Assembly (NCBI GenBank): GCA_031368085.1
Contig: JANLQW010000034.1
Coordinates: 2,784-26,783, forward strand
Direction: 5' to 3'
DNA: 24,000 nucleotides
Origin: Novosphingobium sp.
GTDB taxonomy: Bacteria > Pseudomonadota > Alphaproteobacteria > Sphingomonadales > Sphingomonadaceae
Shown: piece after piece, positions 8,595 through 17,420 of the stretch
Layout of the letters: each line of letters opens with the position of its first letter
How positions within the stretch are numbered: the first letter of the stretch is position 1
Made by a program: the position numbers and the translations under genes
The notes under the pieces: generated by a model
Database searches by the model: none
Seen by the model: only the letters and a program-made list of their open reading frames with translations
What the model was told of the DNA's origin: nothing

Positions 8595-9301
8595 AGCTGC
8601 TTGCTGTAGCGCAATCGCTCCACGCAAAGGCGAAATACCAGGCGGCGGACAATCCGCACCTGATCCTGCGCAATCCCCGCATCGGCCAGGATCCGGCGCC
8701 ATTCGTCCAGCCGGAATGATCGGGCGATCGACAATTGCCCGTCCTCGCGCACGATCCGGTGAACCCGGAGGAGGTGCGCCAGGATAGGGAAGCCCCAATG
8801 CGCGAAACCGTGGCGGTGGAGGTCGCAGATCAGCCAGCCGAGCCTTGCCTCGCCTTCCATGAAGCGGATGAAATCGGTCAGCTGTCCGTCGGTCATATGA
8901 TGCGTGACCTGGCTGGATATGACGAAATCGAAAGGCCCGGGCTGATCGCGATAGTCGCCAGCGCGATAGTCGATGCCGAGACCGGGCGGCGTCCGCGCCC
9001 GGGCAACCGCGACGCTTTTCGCGTTGAGATCGACGCCGACCAGTTCCGCCTCGATTCCCCGGCGCCGCGCCCAGCGGGCAATGACGCGCAGGATGTCCCC
9101 GTCGCCGTAGCCCACGTCGAGCAACCGAAACCGCTGCGCCGATCCGGCTGCGCGGCGGAGAAAAGCGAGGGCGGGCCAGGCGGTGAGCGTCCAGCGATTG
9201 ACCCGGGCAAGATCGCGCAACACCAAATCATAGACGGCCGGATCAAGGTCCGGCGCATCCATCTGCTCGTCTTGCCGCGATCGTACTTTGAGACTGGCCA
9301 C
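8591..9301 (-). CDS. Class I SAM-dependent methyltransferase
   Basis: Motif I LLDVGYGDGD, followed by DFVISSQVTHH. I prefer the GTG at 9301 because AAAGGAGG lies 4 nt upstream. The ATG at 9262 (MDAPDLD..) is an alternative; the ORF-track start at 9355 is unlikely. Confidence 0.8.
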   Translation of the reverse strand: MASLKVRSRQDEQMDAPDLDPAVYDLVLRDLARVNRWTLTAWPALAFLRRAAGSAQRFRLLDVGYGDGDILRVIARWARRRGIEAELVGVDLNAKSVAVARARTPPGLGIDYRAGDYRDQPGPFDFVISSQVTHHMTDGQLTDFIRFMEGEARLGWLICDLHRHGFAHWGFPILAHLLRVHRIVREDGQLSIARSFRLDEWRRILADAGIAQDQVRIVRRLVFRLCVERLRYSKQL

Positions 9302-9586
9302 CGTGCCTCCTTTCGTCACACAAAACCACGCTGCCCCCGGCCAGGTTCCGCGCATACTGCGAAGCTTCCAGCTCTACCCGGACGAACACACGGTATCACA
9401 TGGCCCGATCCGGCGCAGGCATATCGACCAACTACGGCGGACATTGCGGCTGATGTCCTCCTAGCCTGCTGCCTTGCAGTAAGCCTTGCCCATCGGCGCG
9501 CTTGCCTTTATCGCCCGGCCCGGCGTCGCTGACGATCCCTAAGGCCGCGAGCGGACGCTGGCCTGCCTGTTGCATCGAGGTATCGG

Positions 9587-10597
9587 ATGAGTAACCCCCC
9601 ACAGCCCCGCACCGACTGGACGCGCGGGGAGATTGCGGCGCTGTTCGACCTGCCGTTTACCGAGCTGGTGTTTCGTGCGGCGGGGGTGCACCGGGCGCAT
9701 CACGCGGCAGATGAAGTGCAGCTGTGCACTTTGCTGTCGATCAAGACCGGCGGCTGCCCTGAGGATTGCGGCTATTGCGCGCAGTCGGTCACGGCGGACA
9801 GCGGTGTGGCCGCAACCAAGCTGATGGATGTGCGCGAAGTGCTGCAATCGGCGGCGCGGGCGAAGGATGCCGGCAGCCAGCGGTTCTGCATGGGCGCGGC
9901 CTGGCGTAACCCGAAGGACCGCGACATGCCGGCGATCGTGGAGATCGTGCGAGGGGTGGCGGCGATGGGCCTGGAAACCTGCATGACGCTCGGCATGCTG
10001 ACGCCCCGGCAAGCTGACCAGCTCGCCGGGGCAGGGCTCGACTATTACAACCACAACATCGATACCTCGCCCGAACGCTACGGCGAGGTCATCACCACCC
10101 GCACCATGGACGACCGGCTGGAGACGCTGGGCCATGTCCGCGAGGCCGGGATCAACGTCTGCTCGGGCGGCATCGTCGGCATGGGCGAGACCCGTGCGGA
10201 TCGGGTGGGCTTCATCCACACGCTGGCGACGCTGCCGCGCCATCCGGAAAGCGTGCCGGTCAACGCGCTGGTGCCGGTCAGGGGCACGGTGCTGGGCGAT
10301 ATGCTGGCGGATACGCCGCTGGCCAGGATCGACGATATCGAGTTCATCCGCACGGTGGCGGCGGCGCGGATTACCATGCCGGCGAGCATGGTGCGGCTGT
10401 CGGCCGGGCGCGAGAGCATGTCGGACACCGCCCAGGCGCTGTGCTTTCTGGCCGGGGCCAATTCGATCTTCACCGGCGACCGCCTGCTCACTGCGCCCAA
10501 CGCCGGCGAGGATGCCGACGCGGCGCTGCTCGCGCGGCTGGGAATGAGCGCGATGCAGGGCGAAGAGCCAATGCGGGCGCTGGCCGCGACGGAATAA
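9587..10597 (+). CDS. bioB: Biotin synthase
   Basis: Radical-SAM motif [13 protein letters not shown]. Also YNHNIDTS and [14 protein letters not shown] lies upstream of the ATG. Confidence 0.95.
   Translation: MSNPPQPRTDWTRGEIAALFDLPFTELVFRAAGVHRAHHAADEVQLCTLLSIKTGGCPEDCGYCAQSVTADSGVAATKLMDVREVLQSAARAKDAGSQRFCMGAAWRNPKDRDMPAIVEIVRGVAAMGLETCMTLGMLTPRQADQLAGAGLDYYNHNIDTSPERYGEVITTRTMDDRLETLGHVREAGINVCSGGIVGMGETRADRVGFIHTLATLPRHPESVPVNALVPVRGTVLGDMLADTPLARIDDIEFIRTVAAARITMPASMVRLSAGRESMSDTAQALCFLAGANSIFTGDRLLTAPNAGEDADAALLARLGMSAMQGEEPMRALAATE
10499..10575 (+). repeat. bioB 3'-terminal segment, partner of the inverted copy at 6174-6250
   Basis: See the feature at 6174-6250: 74 of 77 identical positions by hand alignment. 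Confidence 0.85.
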
Positions 10598-11772
10598 TGG
10601 CAGGCGGCCCGGCCTTCGCCGCCCAGCAGGCCGAACTCGCGCGACTGTCAGCGGGTGCGCGGCGGCGCACGCTGATCCAACGCCGGGGGGCTGATTTCAG
10701 CTCGAACGACTTCCTCGGCCTCGCCGGTTCGCCCGAACTTGCTGATGCAGTGCGGGCTGCCTTGGCGCGCGGGGTGCCGGTCGGCTCGGGCGGATCGCGG
10801 CTGCTGCGCGGCAATCATCCCGAACACGAAGCCCTTGAAGCCGAGGCAGCCGCCTTTTTCCACTGCGAGCGGGCGCTGTTTTTCTCCAGCGGGTTCGCCG
10901 CCAATTCGGCGCTGTTTTCCACCTTGCCCCAGCGCGGCGATCTCATCGTCTATGATGCGTTGATCCATGCCAGCGCGCATGAAGGCATGCGGATCGGCCG
11001 GGCGGAGGCGGTCGCTGTGGCACACAACGATGCCGGCGCCTTCGAGAGCGCGATCCGGGTCTGGCGCCATAGCGGCGGTACGGGCAAGGTCTGGCTCGCG
11101 GCGGAGAGCCTCTATTCGATGGACGGCGACCGCGCGCCGCTTGATGCGCTGGCGCAAGTGGCGGATCGCCACGATGCCGTGCTGCTGATCGACGAGGCGC
11201 ATGCCACCGGGGTGCTCGGACCCGGCGGACGGGGGCTGGCCGCCCATCTCGACGGACGGGACAATGTCATCAGCCTGCGAACCTGCGGCAAGGCTTTGGG
11301 CTGCGAAGGGGCGCTGGTCTGCGCACCGGCGGTGGTGGCGGATTTCCTAGTCAATCGCGGCCGCGGCTTCATTTTCTCGACTGCTCCATCGCCGCTGATG
11401 GCGGCGGCGGTGCGCGCGTCGCTTGGCGTGATTCGCGACCAGCCGGAGCGGCACGAGGCGCTGTGGCAATTGGTGCGGACGGCTGAGCGGGTGCTGGGGC
11501 CGTGCGGCGCCAGTGTCAGCGGATCGCAGATCCTGCCGGTGATCATTGGTGAGGATGCCGCGACCATGGCGATGGCCTCGGCGTTGCAGGGTGCGGGTTT
11601 TGTCGTGCGCGGTATCCGTCCGCCGACCGTGCCGGCAGGAACATCGCGGTTGCGGGTGGCGATCACGCTCAACGTTAATGAGGCGGATATCGAAGCGTTG
11701 GGCGAAGCTCTGCGGCTCGTGCAGCAGGGCAGTCCTGACGCCCATCCGCAACCGGCGCTCAATCCCGGCTGA
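10597..11772 (+). CDS. bioF: 8-amino-7-oxononanoate synthase
   Basis: The ATG at 10597 overlaps the bioB stop (TAATG). Motifs: FSSNDFLGL, GSGGSRLLRGN, LIDEAHATG, and the PLP-lysine context TCGKALG. The ORF-track start at 10441 lies inside bioB. Confidence 0.9.
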   Translation: MAGGPAFAAQQAELARLSAGARRRTLIQRRGADFSSNDFLGLAGSPELADAVRAALARGVPVGSGGSRLLRGNHPEHEALEAEAAAFFHCERALFFSSGFAANSALFSTLPQRGDLIVYDALIHASAHEGMRIGRAEAVAVAHNDAGAFESAIRVWRHSGGTGKVWLAAESLYSMDGDRAPLDALAQVADRHDAVLLIDEAHATGVLGPGGRGLAAHLDGRDNVISLRTCGKALGCEGALVCAPAVVADFLVNRGRGFIFSTAPSPLMAAAVRASLGVIRDQPERHEALWQLVRTAERVLGPCGASVSGSQILPVIIGEDAATMAMASALQGAGFVVRGIRPPTVPAGTSRLRVAITLNVNEADIEALGEALRLVQQGSPDAHPQPALNPG

Positions 11773-14700
11773 CTTTCACCACCTGTTTCAGCCATGCGCT
11801 TTTTACCCCGATAGTCAGTCCGATCTCCTCGGCGAGATGGATCTTGAGGCTGGCCGCCTGGTTCTTGTCGATGGCGATCCGGTATTCGCCGGGATGCAGC
11901 TGTTCGAAATAGAAGGATCCGTCTCCCTCTGTCCGGGCCCGCGCGACGGTCTTGCCCTGCGCGTCGACAAGCACCAGCACCAAGCCAGAGACTTCGCGGC
12001 CGAGCCCGGCGCCCTCGGTGAAAAACGCTGTTCCTTCGATATCGCTCAATTCCTGGATTGCGAAATCGGTGGCGTGGACGCGGCCGGCGCGGGGGATGAC
12101 CTCGATGCCTTCGGAGACCGGCGCCAGCGCGATGTCGGGGAGGGTTTCCAGGTCGATAGTCATGCTCGATCGGCTGCCGTCGCCAAGCGCGCCGATGAAG
12201 GCCAACCCGCTCGCATCGGTTTTCCCGTGCCGCGAACTGGTGATGAATTCCACGTCCGGGACGACAGCCTCGCCGCTATCGAAGCGCCGGTTGCCGTTGA
12301 TATCGCGAAACGCGCGCACCGCGACCGCACCCCCCGAGGTCAGCCCCGGCTCGGCGAAGAACAGCCGGCCCGATAGCGGGTTGCGGCCGAAACTGAAGCC
12401 GAGCCGCAGCGCCGCGTTGTAGCTTCCATCAGGCACGCCGTAGTTTCCGTCGAACGCGAGGGTGAACTGGCCGAAACGCCGCACTGCCGACAGGCCGAAG
12501 CGCGTCTGCGAATCCTCCAGCGTATGGCCTACCGAAGCCCGCACCAGCGTGCGCTCGTCCAGCGCATAATCGGCTTGCAGCATGCCGCCGCGCAAGCTCG
12601 GCTGCGGCAGAATCGCATAATCGGCCGAGGCGCGCAGTTGCAGGCGCGAGCCGCGCAAGGTCGCCAGATCGAAGCTGCCGATCAGCTGCGAGTGAGCGCC
12701 GAATCCGGGGGCCGAATTGCTGGCGTAATTGAGGGTGTTCGAGAACAACAGGCCTCCGACCGGCAGCGATCCGCGCAACGCGGCGTCGGTCTGCTTGCGG
12801 CCGTCGGCAAATTCGATCCGGCGGAACTGCCCATAAAGCGGAAACAACAGCGGACGCTTGTCGCCGCCGAGGTCGAGCGTCGTATTGATGTTGAACTCGG
12901 TCGACCGCCGCAGCACATCGCCGGTGAAGGATTGCAGTTCGTCGGTGAAGCGTCCGCGGTATTCGGCATGGGTCAGCGCATAGCTCAGCCCGAACAATTT
13001 GCCACCGACGCCGAATTCCACCGCCTTGCCGCCGCCGCTCTGCAATCCGAGATCGAGCTTCAGGGCGGTGCCAGCCAGCCCGGTTCGCAGCCCTGCGGTC
13101 GCCATCCAGCGCTTGCCGAAGCGGCCATCGAACCAAGCGCCGCCGAGTGCTGCGGTCAACTGGCGGGTCAGCCCGTATTCGACCAGCGCACTGCTGCGCC
13201 ATGCGCCATATTCGAACGGCGGGGTGAAACCCGGGCCGTTGACATCCAGCAGATTGGTGTCTTTTTGAGCGACTCCGAAGGAATAGACGAGCTGTCCCGG
13301 ACTTAGCCTGCCGTCACCGACACTGATGCTGCGCACGTCCTCGCGGCGCTGCCCTTGCGGGCCGTAGAACACCATGCGGAAGACGTTGAGCCCGTAATCG
13401 ACTGCTACCTTGCGGAACTGGTATTGCCCGTTGACCGGCTGCCGGGTCGATCCGATCAGGATGTTGTTGCGGTAGAGTTCGACTTCATAGCCGTCCGGCA
13501 GATCGCCGTAGAGGTCGATCATGTCGAACACCGAGGCGTGTTCGAGCGGGGCGTTGGTGACGAATGCGCCCCGGCCGCTGGTGCCCCGCAGGCCGATCGG
13601 CAGGGCGAGGGTGGTGACATCGCCGAGCTGAAATTCCGTGGCCTTTAGCGGACCGAGCAGCCCGGCATCGGGATCGCGGCGGCCGAGTTCCACCCGCGCG
13701 CCGGTCAGCCCGTCGCGCGTGGTGCCGCCGGCAAACAGCCGCGCCGTCATGAAGGCGAGGTCGCCGGCGAGGCGCAGGTCGCCCTCGATGCGGCTGCCAT
13801 AGGTCTGGTCAGTGACCGCTCGCAGTTCGGTATCGGCCAGCGGGAACGACAGCGCCTGCCACGGCGTCGGCTCGCGCGGCCAGCGGGGCTGCTCGCGCTT
13901 GCGGCCGATTGTGCCGAGTTGCTTGCGCTGCTGCTCTCGGGTGATGCGCTGCTCGAAGGGGAAGGGCACGCGGGTCTTCACTGTCACCGCCTGCGCGCGC
14001 AGATCGACGGTGAGCGTCAGCGGAAACAGATCGGCAAAGCGCTCCGCCCGCAGATAGAGTTCGCCCTCGAATGCCGCGGCGTCGCCCTTGGCCAGCGGCA
14101 GTTCGCGGCCACCAGTCGTTAGTATGCCCGAGCGGAGATTGAGCGACACGGTCTGGCTTTCGTCGATAAACCAGCCGCTGGCGTAGTGGCCCTCATCACT
14201 CACCGAAATCGCCAGGTCGAGGAAGCGCGTGACCGCGCTGAATGGCAGATAAACGCCTGAACGCGTGCCATAGGCGACGATGGTATCGGCAATCTCGCCG
14301 CGCTCGGACTGGAGCTGAAGGACCAGTTCGTCATCAGAGGTGAAATTCGGCGCAGCCTCGCCGCCGATGCGGGGCGAGGTGTCGGCATAGCCCGTCCGCG
14401 CCTGCGGCGTGCCGGCCTGGGACCGCGTTGCCAGCCCGGAACCAGTCAGCGGCGAACGAGCTGCCGAGGACGTCGCCGCGGCTGCCAGGGCGGGCGATTG
14501 ATCACGCCCAGTTGACTGGGCCGCCGCGCCGAACTGGGGCTGTGGCAGCGCCGTGGCGTCTTCCGGCACCGCGTAGGCAAGCGTAGTTCGTCTCGGCGGG
14601 CCGGGCGACCCCAGCGCGCTTTGGCCGAATGCGGGTTGCGGCAATCCGGCGGCCTGATCGGGGCCGCTGGCGACCGGGATTTCGATCTGGTCCGGCGCAA

Positions 14701-15802
14701 CCGCAGCCCGGGAGAGTTCTTGCGGTTTTGCCCACGAGCTCGTGCCCCCAACGGACACCGCCGGCTCACCAGCGGTGCCGCCGCCCGGAGCTGGAACTGG
14801 TTCGACCGCTGCCAGCCGGGCGCCTGCGCGCACCGGCAGCGGTGTGATGACGGATGAGCCGAATGCCGGTTGGGGCAAACCGGGGGCTGCCGAATCTTCG
14901 CTTTGGGCGCTGAAAGGGGGCTCCGGCGCTGATACCGAAGCGGGCATTGCTGCCGGACCTGGAGCGGCTTCTGGCGGCGCTTCGGCGGTGACGACCGCTG
15001 GAAGTGGCAGTTCGGTGCCAGTCTCGCCAACTGGCGTGGTAGGGGAGGTGAGGTCCGATACAGCGGGTTGTGCAGCTTCTTCAGCGTTCGATTGTCGAGC
15101 CAGTTCGTCCGGTGCCGGGAGCTCTGGCGGCGGTAGTGGGGCGGAATCGGGTGCAGCGATTTCAGGGAGTGCTGGTTCCTTGCCGTCGCCCGCCGCTGTG
15201 TCCCCCGGCGCGGGGCCGGAAACCGCAAGCGCAGCGGCATCTGTGTCGATCGGTTGCGGGATTGCGCCGGATACTTGCGCCCCTGCGCCAAAAGCAGGTT
15301 GCGGCAGCGGCTTCGGGGCGGACGAATTGTCCTCGCTACCGGGTTCGTTGGCGGGTTGTGGCAGGGATGCTCCACCGGGATGGGGAGCAGGTTGCTTGTT
15401 GCGCGGTTGCCGCACCAGCTGTTGCGGGGCGGGTACAGGGTTCAGCCGCCGGGGCTCTGCCGCCACGAGCGCCGCCGCCAGCGCGCCGAGCGACACCGCC
15501 TTGCCGGATTTGATGCTGGCTGCCGAAACCCGCGCGGCGGCTGCAACCGGCCCTTGCGGGCGTGCAACCGGGAGCGGCGCGCTACTTACCCTGGGCAGGG
15601 CCAGCCGGATGGATCGGCCGAATTTCGTCCCGGGCAGATCATCCCCGCCGCGATTTGCCAGCGCCGCGTCGGGAGCGCTGCTTTCGTGCGGCTCGGCCTG
15701 CCAGGGCGCGTGGAGGTCGCCCTTCAGCAGAAGGGTTGCGCCGATCAGGGCCCGCCGAAACTGCGGCGGGCCAATCGCGTTCCCCCATTTGCCCCTGTTC
15801 AC
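11759..15802 (-). CDS. Usher-like outer-membrane fibre assembly protein with a long N-terminal Pro/Ala-rich extension
   Basis: Residues ~488-1347 have the size and motifs of a fimbrial usher. The N-domain-like segment is DELVLQLQSERGEIADTIVAYG..GVYLPFSAVTRFLDL. The plug-like segment is YEVELYRNNILIGSTRQPVNGQYQFRKVAVDYGLNVFRMVFYGPQGQ. It is rich in alternating aromatic/Gly beta-strand sequence. Two C-terminal beta-sandwich-like modules are present (DINGNRRFDSGE.. and TEGDGSFYFEQLHPGEYRI). The GTG start overlaps the chaperone stop (GTGA). The only signal-like hydrophobic stretch is at residues 102-115 (KSGKAVSLGALAAALVAA/EP), so the true start or topology is uncertain. Confidence 0.7.
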   Translation of the reverse strand: MNRGKWGNAIGPPQFRRALIGATLLLKGDLHAPWQAEPHESSAPDAALANRGGDDLPGTKFGRSIRLALPRVSSAPLPVARPQGPVAAAARVSAASIKSGKAVSLGALAAALVAAEPRRLNPVPAPQQLVRQPRNKQPAPHPGGASLPQPANEPGSEDNSSAPKPLPQPAFGAGAQVSGAIPQPIDTDAAALAVSGPAPGDTAAGDGKEPALPEIAAPDSAPLPPPELPAPDELARQSNAEEAAQPAVSDLTSPTTPVGETGTELPLPAVVTAEAPPEAAPGPAAMPASVSAPEPPFSAQSEDSAAPGLPQPAFGSSVITPLPVRAGARLAAVEPVPAPGGGTAGEPAVSVGGTSSWAKPQELSRAAVAPDQIEIPVASGPDQAAGLPQPAFGQSALGSPGPPRRTTLAYAVPEDATALPQPQFGAAAQSTGRDQSPALAAAATSSAARSPLTGSGLATRSQAGTPQARTGYADTSPRIGGEAAPNFTSDDELVLQLQSERGEIADTIVAYGTRSGVYLPFSAVTRFLDLAISVSDEGHYASGWFIDESQTVSLNLRSGILTTGGRELPLAKGDAAAFEGELYLRAERFADLFPLTLTVDLRAQAVTVKTRVPFPFEQRITREQQRKQLGTIGRKREQPRWPREPTPWQALSFPLADTELRAVTDQTYGSRIEGDLRLAGDLAFMTARLFAGGTTRDGLTGARVELGRRDPDAGLLGPLKATEFQLGDVTTLALPIGLRGTSGRGAFVTNAPLEHASVFDMIDLYGDLPDGYEVELYRNNILIGSTRQPVNGQYQFRKVAVDYGLNVFRMVFYGPQGQRREDVRSISVGDGRLSPGQLVYSFGVAQKDTNLLDVNGPGFTPPFEYGAWRSSALVEYGLTRQLTAALGGAWFDGRFGKRWMATAGLRTGLAGTALKLDLGLQSGGGKAVEFGVGGKLFGLSYALTHAEYRGRFTDELQSFTGDVLRRSTEFNINTTLDLGGDKRPLLFPLYGQFRRIEFADGRKQTDAALRGSLPVGGLLFSNTLNYASNSAPGFGAHSQLIGSFDLATLRGSRLQLRASADYAILPQPSLRGGMLQADYALDERTLVRASVGHTLEDSQTRFGLSAVRRFGQFTLAFDGNYGVPDGSYNAALRLGFSFGRNPLSGRLFFAEPGLTSGGAVAVRAFRDINGNRRFDSGEAVVPDVEFITSSRHGKTDASGLAFIGALGDGSRSSMTIDLETLPDIALAPVSEGIEVIPRAGRVHATDFAIQELSDIEGTAFFTEGAGLGREVSGLVLVLVDAQGKTVARARTEGDGSFYFEQLHPGEYRIAIDKNQAASLKIHLAEEIGLTIGVKSAWLKQVVKVSRD

Positions 15803-16791
15803 GGCACCGTGAAATCCTGCTTCGCGAGAACTTTGCCGGGCGCGAAATCATCGTCAGTATAGGTGACGGTGAGCCGCGCGCCGCGGACGGTCAGCCTGGC
15901 ATCCGATTTTGGATCGACGAGGACCTGCAGGGTTCGTTGCGTGATTTCGGTATAGACGCCGATACCACGAATTTCAGCGATCTTCGTCTTGCCGCCGGCG
16001 GCTGTCACCGTGATGTCACCGTAGGCCGAGCGGTTGCCGGCGCGGGTGATCGTCAATGCTATTGCGCGGCCGCCATCCTGAAGCTGCGTCACCGAGAGAT
16101 CGCGCAGTCCCGCCGTCACCGTGGTTTCGCCTATGCGTACGATCACCGGGATGGAAATGCCGAAGCGGGGCACGATGGTGACGCCGATCGCACTGGCCTT
16201 CTGCGCCCCGGCGGCATCTTCGATATTCAGGCCGCCGCTGCCGATGTCCGGTACGGCGGTGGCGGAGAAATGGGAGCGATATTCGCCCGGCGGCAGATCC
16301 GGGGGAACTCGCGCCATTAGCCGCACGGTCTGGGAATCATGACTTGCCAAAACCACCCGGTGCGGCGACCAGCGCAGCAAGCGGCTGGCGGTTTTCACCC
16401 GGTCGCGCGCGGCGGCATCGGTGACCGAAGCGAGATCGACCAGCCGGCCTTCCGGGGTCATCATCATGTCGGACAGTTGGATTTCGTAACTGCCGGTCGC
16501 GCTGGCGCGGTTGAACAGGCCGACCGTGGCGACCCGCTGGCGCTGGTCGATGATGATCCGCTTGGGATAAAGATTGACATCGCCCATCCCGCTGACGGAA
16601 TCCGTTGGCGGCTCGGGCGGTATAAAGGGCGGTGCGGGCAGTGGCTTCGGCGCGGCTGGGACGGCGTTCTGCGCAGCGCCTTGCGCCGAGGCCGGCTGGG
16701 CCTGTACCGCTGAAAGCAGCAGCGCCAATGCTACCCGCCCACCGCTCAAACCGCGTATAGGCGTCTTCGGACGCCGTCCCCCGAACCCCAT
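15799..16791 (-). CDS. PapD-like periplasmic pilus chaperone (divergent)
   Basis: Signal peptide RVALALLLSAVQAQPASA. After a Pro-rich linker, a two-lobed beta-rich sequence has chaperone-like elements: LYPKRIIIDQRQRVATVGLFN, LRWSPHRVVLASHDSQTVRLM, PPGEYRSHF, IPVIVRIG. It sits between the subunit genes and the usher-like gene. Confidence 0.65.
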   Translation of the reverse strand: MGFGGRRPKTPIRGLSGGRVALALLLSAVQAQPASAQGAAQNAVPAAPKPLPAPPFIPPEPPTDSVSGMGDVNLYPKRIIIDQRQRVATVGLFNRASATGSYEIQLSDMMMTPEGRLVDLASVTDAAARDRVKTASRLLRWSPHRVVLASHDSQTVRLMARVPPDLPPGEYRSHFSATAVPDIGSGGLNIEDAAGAQKASAIGVTIVPRFGISIPVIVRIGETTVTAGLRDLSVTQLQDGGRAIALTITRAGNRSAYGDITVTAAGGKTKIAEIRGIGVYTEITQRTLQVLVDPKSDARLTVRGARLTVTYTDDDFAPGKVLAKQDFTVP

Positions 16792-16869
16792 GAAATAGCC
16801 TTCGATCCCCGCTTGAGCAGTCGCGAATGGGCTATATGTATTGTCCCCTAGGGGCTGGCAATCGCGGGC

Positions 16870-17400
16870 CTATTGGAAAGCCACAGTTATTGTGTAGGTA
16901 CCGCTATAGGGTCCGACCGCCTGATTGGCCGCGACATTGAGCGTCGCGCCGACGATGAGTACCGCAGTGCCAGTGGCATCCAGTTTAAGCTTGCCGCCGC
17001 CATTGGTATTGCTGTTGTGATTGAGAGTGTTCACCGTCATCGTCTGTGCACCATTGGCTATGGTGAAGGATGCCGGCAGGACGATATCGGTTTGGCGGTT
17101 GGGACTGCCACTTAGCAGAAACGTTCCTGGGCCTCGCCCAGTGCCGACCTGGGTAATGTTCTGATTGCCGGCAACACCGCCGGTTGCCGAGACTGTTGAG
17201 GCGATATCGATGGTCAGAGTGCCGGCCGCTGCTGGCTGCATGAATTGCCCGAACCGCAAGGCGTCGAGCGGCACGACGCTGCCCGGTGTCACTACCAGCG
17301 CCTGCGCGGAGCCGCTTGCATTCGCTGGCGCGGCATGCGCGGTCCCGTATGCAAGCATGATCGCTGCGGCGACCAGCGATAGGACGAAGGTCCGGTTCAT
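16870..17400 (-). CDS. Secreted fibre subunit paralogue 4 (DUF4402-like by recall)
   Basis: ATG at 17400 gives MNRTFVLSLVAAAIMLAYGTAHA/AP, a signal peptide. Shares motifs with the other three subunits: LRFGQF, FLLSGSPNRQ, and the C-terminal GATLNVAANQAVGPYSGTYTITVAFQ. The ORF-track extension to 17550 overlaps the upstream gene. Confidence 0.75.
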   Translation of the reverse strand: MNRTFVLSLVAAAIMLAYGTAHAAPANASGSAQALVVTPGSVVPLDALRFGQFMQPAAAGTLTIDIASTVSATGGVAGNQNITQVGTGRGPGTFLLSGSPNRQTDIVLPASFTIANGAQTMTVNTLNHNSNTNGGGKLKLDATGTAVLIVGATLNVAANQAVGPYSGTYTITVAFQ

Positions 17401-17420
17401 ATCGGATAGATGATCGAAGT

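Noticed and set aside
9302-9586. A biotin operator (BirA-type or BioR-type TTATMKATAA palindrome) in the methyltransferase-bioB divergent region. A small hairpin GGACAT-N8-ATGTCC at 9439-9458 was also noted.
   Set aside because: I found no sequence resembling either operator consensus. The hairpin is short, with no obvious role.
7376-10243. Antisense or alternative-frame ORFs at 7376-8014(-), 7782-8798(-), 8735-9532(+) and 9539-10243(-).
   Set aside because: They lie opposite well-supported genes (FAD oxidoreductase, methyltransferase, bioB). They have Arg/Pro-rich composition and no SD or motifs.
14446-15812. A 309-aa minus-strand alternative-frame ORF and a 356-aa plus-strand ORF inside the usher extension region.
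   Set aside because: Low-complexity GC-rich DNA keeps several frames open here. Only the 1347-aa frame continues into the usher-like body and is start-coupled to the chaperone stop.
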